Position numbers and translations under genes: made by a program. Shown piece by piece: positions 63,468-64,000 of a stretch of 64,000 nt of DNA. The stretch lies in contig CAVPYV010000001.1 of assembly GCA_963710105.1 (NCBI GenBank), positions 2,454,485 to 2,518,484 of the forward strand, in the 5' to 3' direction. Under the pieces are notes generated by a model. That model had not been told where the DNA came from and did no database searches. It saw nothing but the letters and a program-made list of their open reading frames with translations. The stretch is from an uncultured Chloroflexia bacterium. Its GTDB lineage: Bacteria; Chloroflexota; Limnocylindria; Limnocylindrales; CSP1-4. Numbering within the stretch: the stretch's first letter is position 1; every line of letters begins with the position of its first letter.

Positions 63468-64000
63468 TCACGCGTCGGGTGCCTCGTCGACGGGCCAGCG
63501 GGCGGCCATGTCGGCGCGCACCTGGTCGAAATGGCGGCGGAGGGCCTCGACGACCGCGTCGCCGTCGCGCCGCTCGAGGGCCGCGAGGATCGGGCCGTGG
63601 AGGTCGGCCGACCACGCCAGGTCGGCGCCCGGGACGCTCAGGGTGAGGTACGTCCGGGAGAACGGCTCGAGGGATCGCCAGACCTTCTCGAGCATCCCGT
63701 TGTCGGCGGCCTGGACGATCCGCTCGTGGAAGCGGGCGTCGGCCGCGGCGACGGCGTGGCCATCGGCGTGCTCGGCCGCGGCGCGCATCGCCGCCAGCGC
63801 CTCGGCGAGGTCCCGGAGGTCCGCATCGGACAGGCGGGTCGCCGCGAGCCCGGCCCCGAACGCCTCGATCGCCGATCGGACGGCGTAGGCCTCGATGACC
63901 TCGCGCCGCGACGGGCGGCGAACGCGCGCCCCGCGGAACGGCAGGATCTCGACGACGCCGAGCGCCTCCAGGCCGCGCAGCGCCTCGCGGACCGGGGCCT
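63468..64000 (-). CDS. GntR-family (FadR/FCD) transcriptional regulator. It is truncated by the window edge; the N-terminal HTH lies beyond 64000.
   Basis: PVREALRGLEALGVVEILPFRGARV (end of the wHTH), then an FCD domain ...FHERIVQAADNGMLEKVWRSL... The stop is at 63468-63470. Confidence 0.7.
   Translation of the reverse strand, partial: APVREALRGLEALGVVEILPFRGARVRRPSRREVIEAYAVRSAIEAFGAGLAATRLSDADLRDLAEALAAMRAAAEHADGHAVAAADARFHERIVQAADNGMLEKVWRSLEPFSRTYLTLSVPGADLAWSADLHGPILAALERRDGDAVVEALRRHFDQVRADMAARWPVDEAPDA

Noticed and set aside
1-64000. Search for tRNA, rRNA and CRISPR
   Set aside because: I found no T-loop-like GGTTCGAnTCC motifs in the intergenic regions, no rRNA-like segments, and no spaced direct-repeat arrays. 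The only repeats are the 506-bp holA repeat and short tandem GC-rich repeats.

Overview
This is a 64 kb chromosomal window from a very high-GC genome (roughly 72-75% GC, Actinomycetota-like; ATGA/GTGA start-stop overlaps are frequent). The backbone is conserved housekeeping and carbohydrate catabolism, as follows.

- Housekeeping: comEA-comEC-holA on the + strand; a small zinc-ribbon gene; obg-nadD-rsfS on the - strand, preceded by a LysM/M23 peptidase gene with a long leader; and rho.
- Catabolic cluster 1: eda, a SorC regulator, an SDR, an FAD oxidoreductase, a phosphotriesterase-family hydrolase, a MetE-C-terminal-like protein and a Gfo/Idh/MocA oxidoreductase.
- Sugar locus 1: a GH3 glycosidase with a CUT1-type ABC transporter and a divergent LacI regulator.
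- Sugar locus 2: a ROK regulator with Gfo/Idh/MocA, a TIM-barrel isomerase, DeoC, a second Gfo/Idh/MocA, a SIS protein, a CUT2-type ABC transporter, a ROK kinase, a GntR/HutC regulator and NagA.
- Molybdenum-hydroxylase clusters: two paralogous three-subunit xanthine-dehydrogenase-family clusters, each with a GntR/FCD regulator.

Three things stand out.

1. Nearly every long conserved gene is broken across reading frames (comEC about five times; obg, GH3, the phosphotriesterase-family gene, the FAD oxidoreductase and others). Several adjacent genes also run together without a stop. This pattern looks like indel-type sequence error rather than mass pseudogenisation, so all boundaries below are domain-based.
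2. A lower-GC insert of about 2.65 kb (4491-7138) carries a secreted S1 protease and an overlapping lipoprotein gene. It is bracketed by a 506-bp direct repeat of the holA 3' end, of which 360 bp are identical.
3. A - strand operon reads GntR - HPr-kinase-like P-loop protein - Mo-hydroxylase (FAD, 2Fe-2S and Mo subunits) - a PPDK-like dikinase that keeps its ATP-grasp and swivel-His domains but lacks the PEP/pyruvate domain. It is followed by a lower-GC block of unannotatable genes (53129-56615). This is the best candidate here for an undescribed system.

I found no CRISPR array, rRNA or convincing tRNA.
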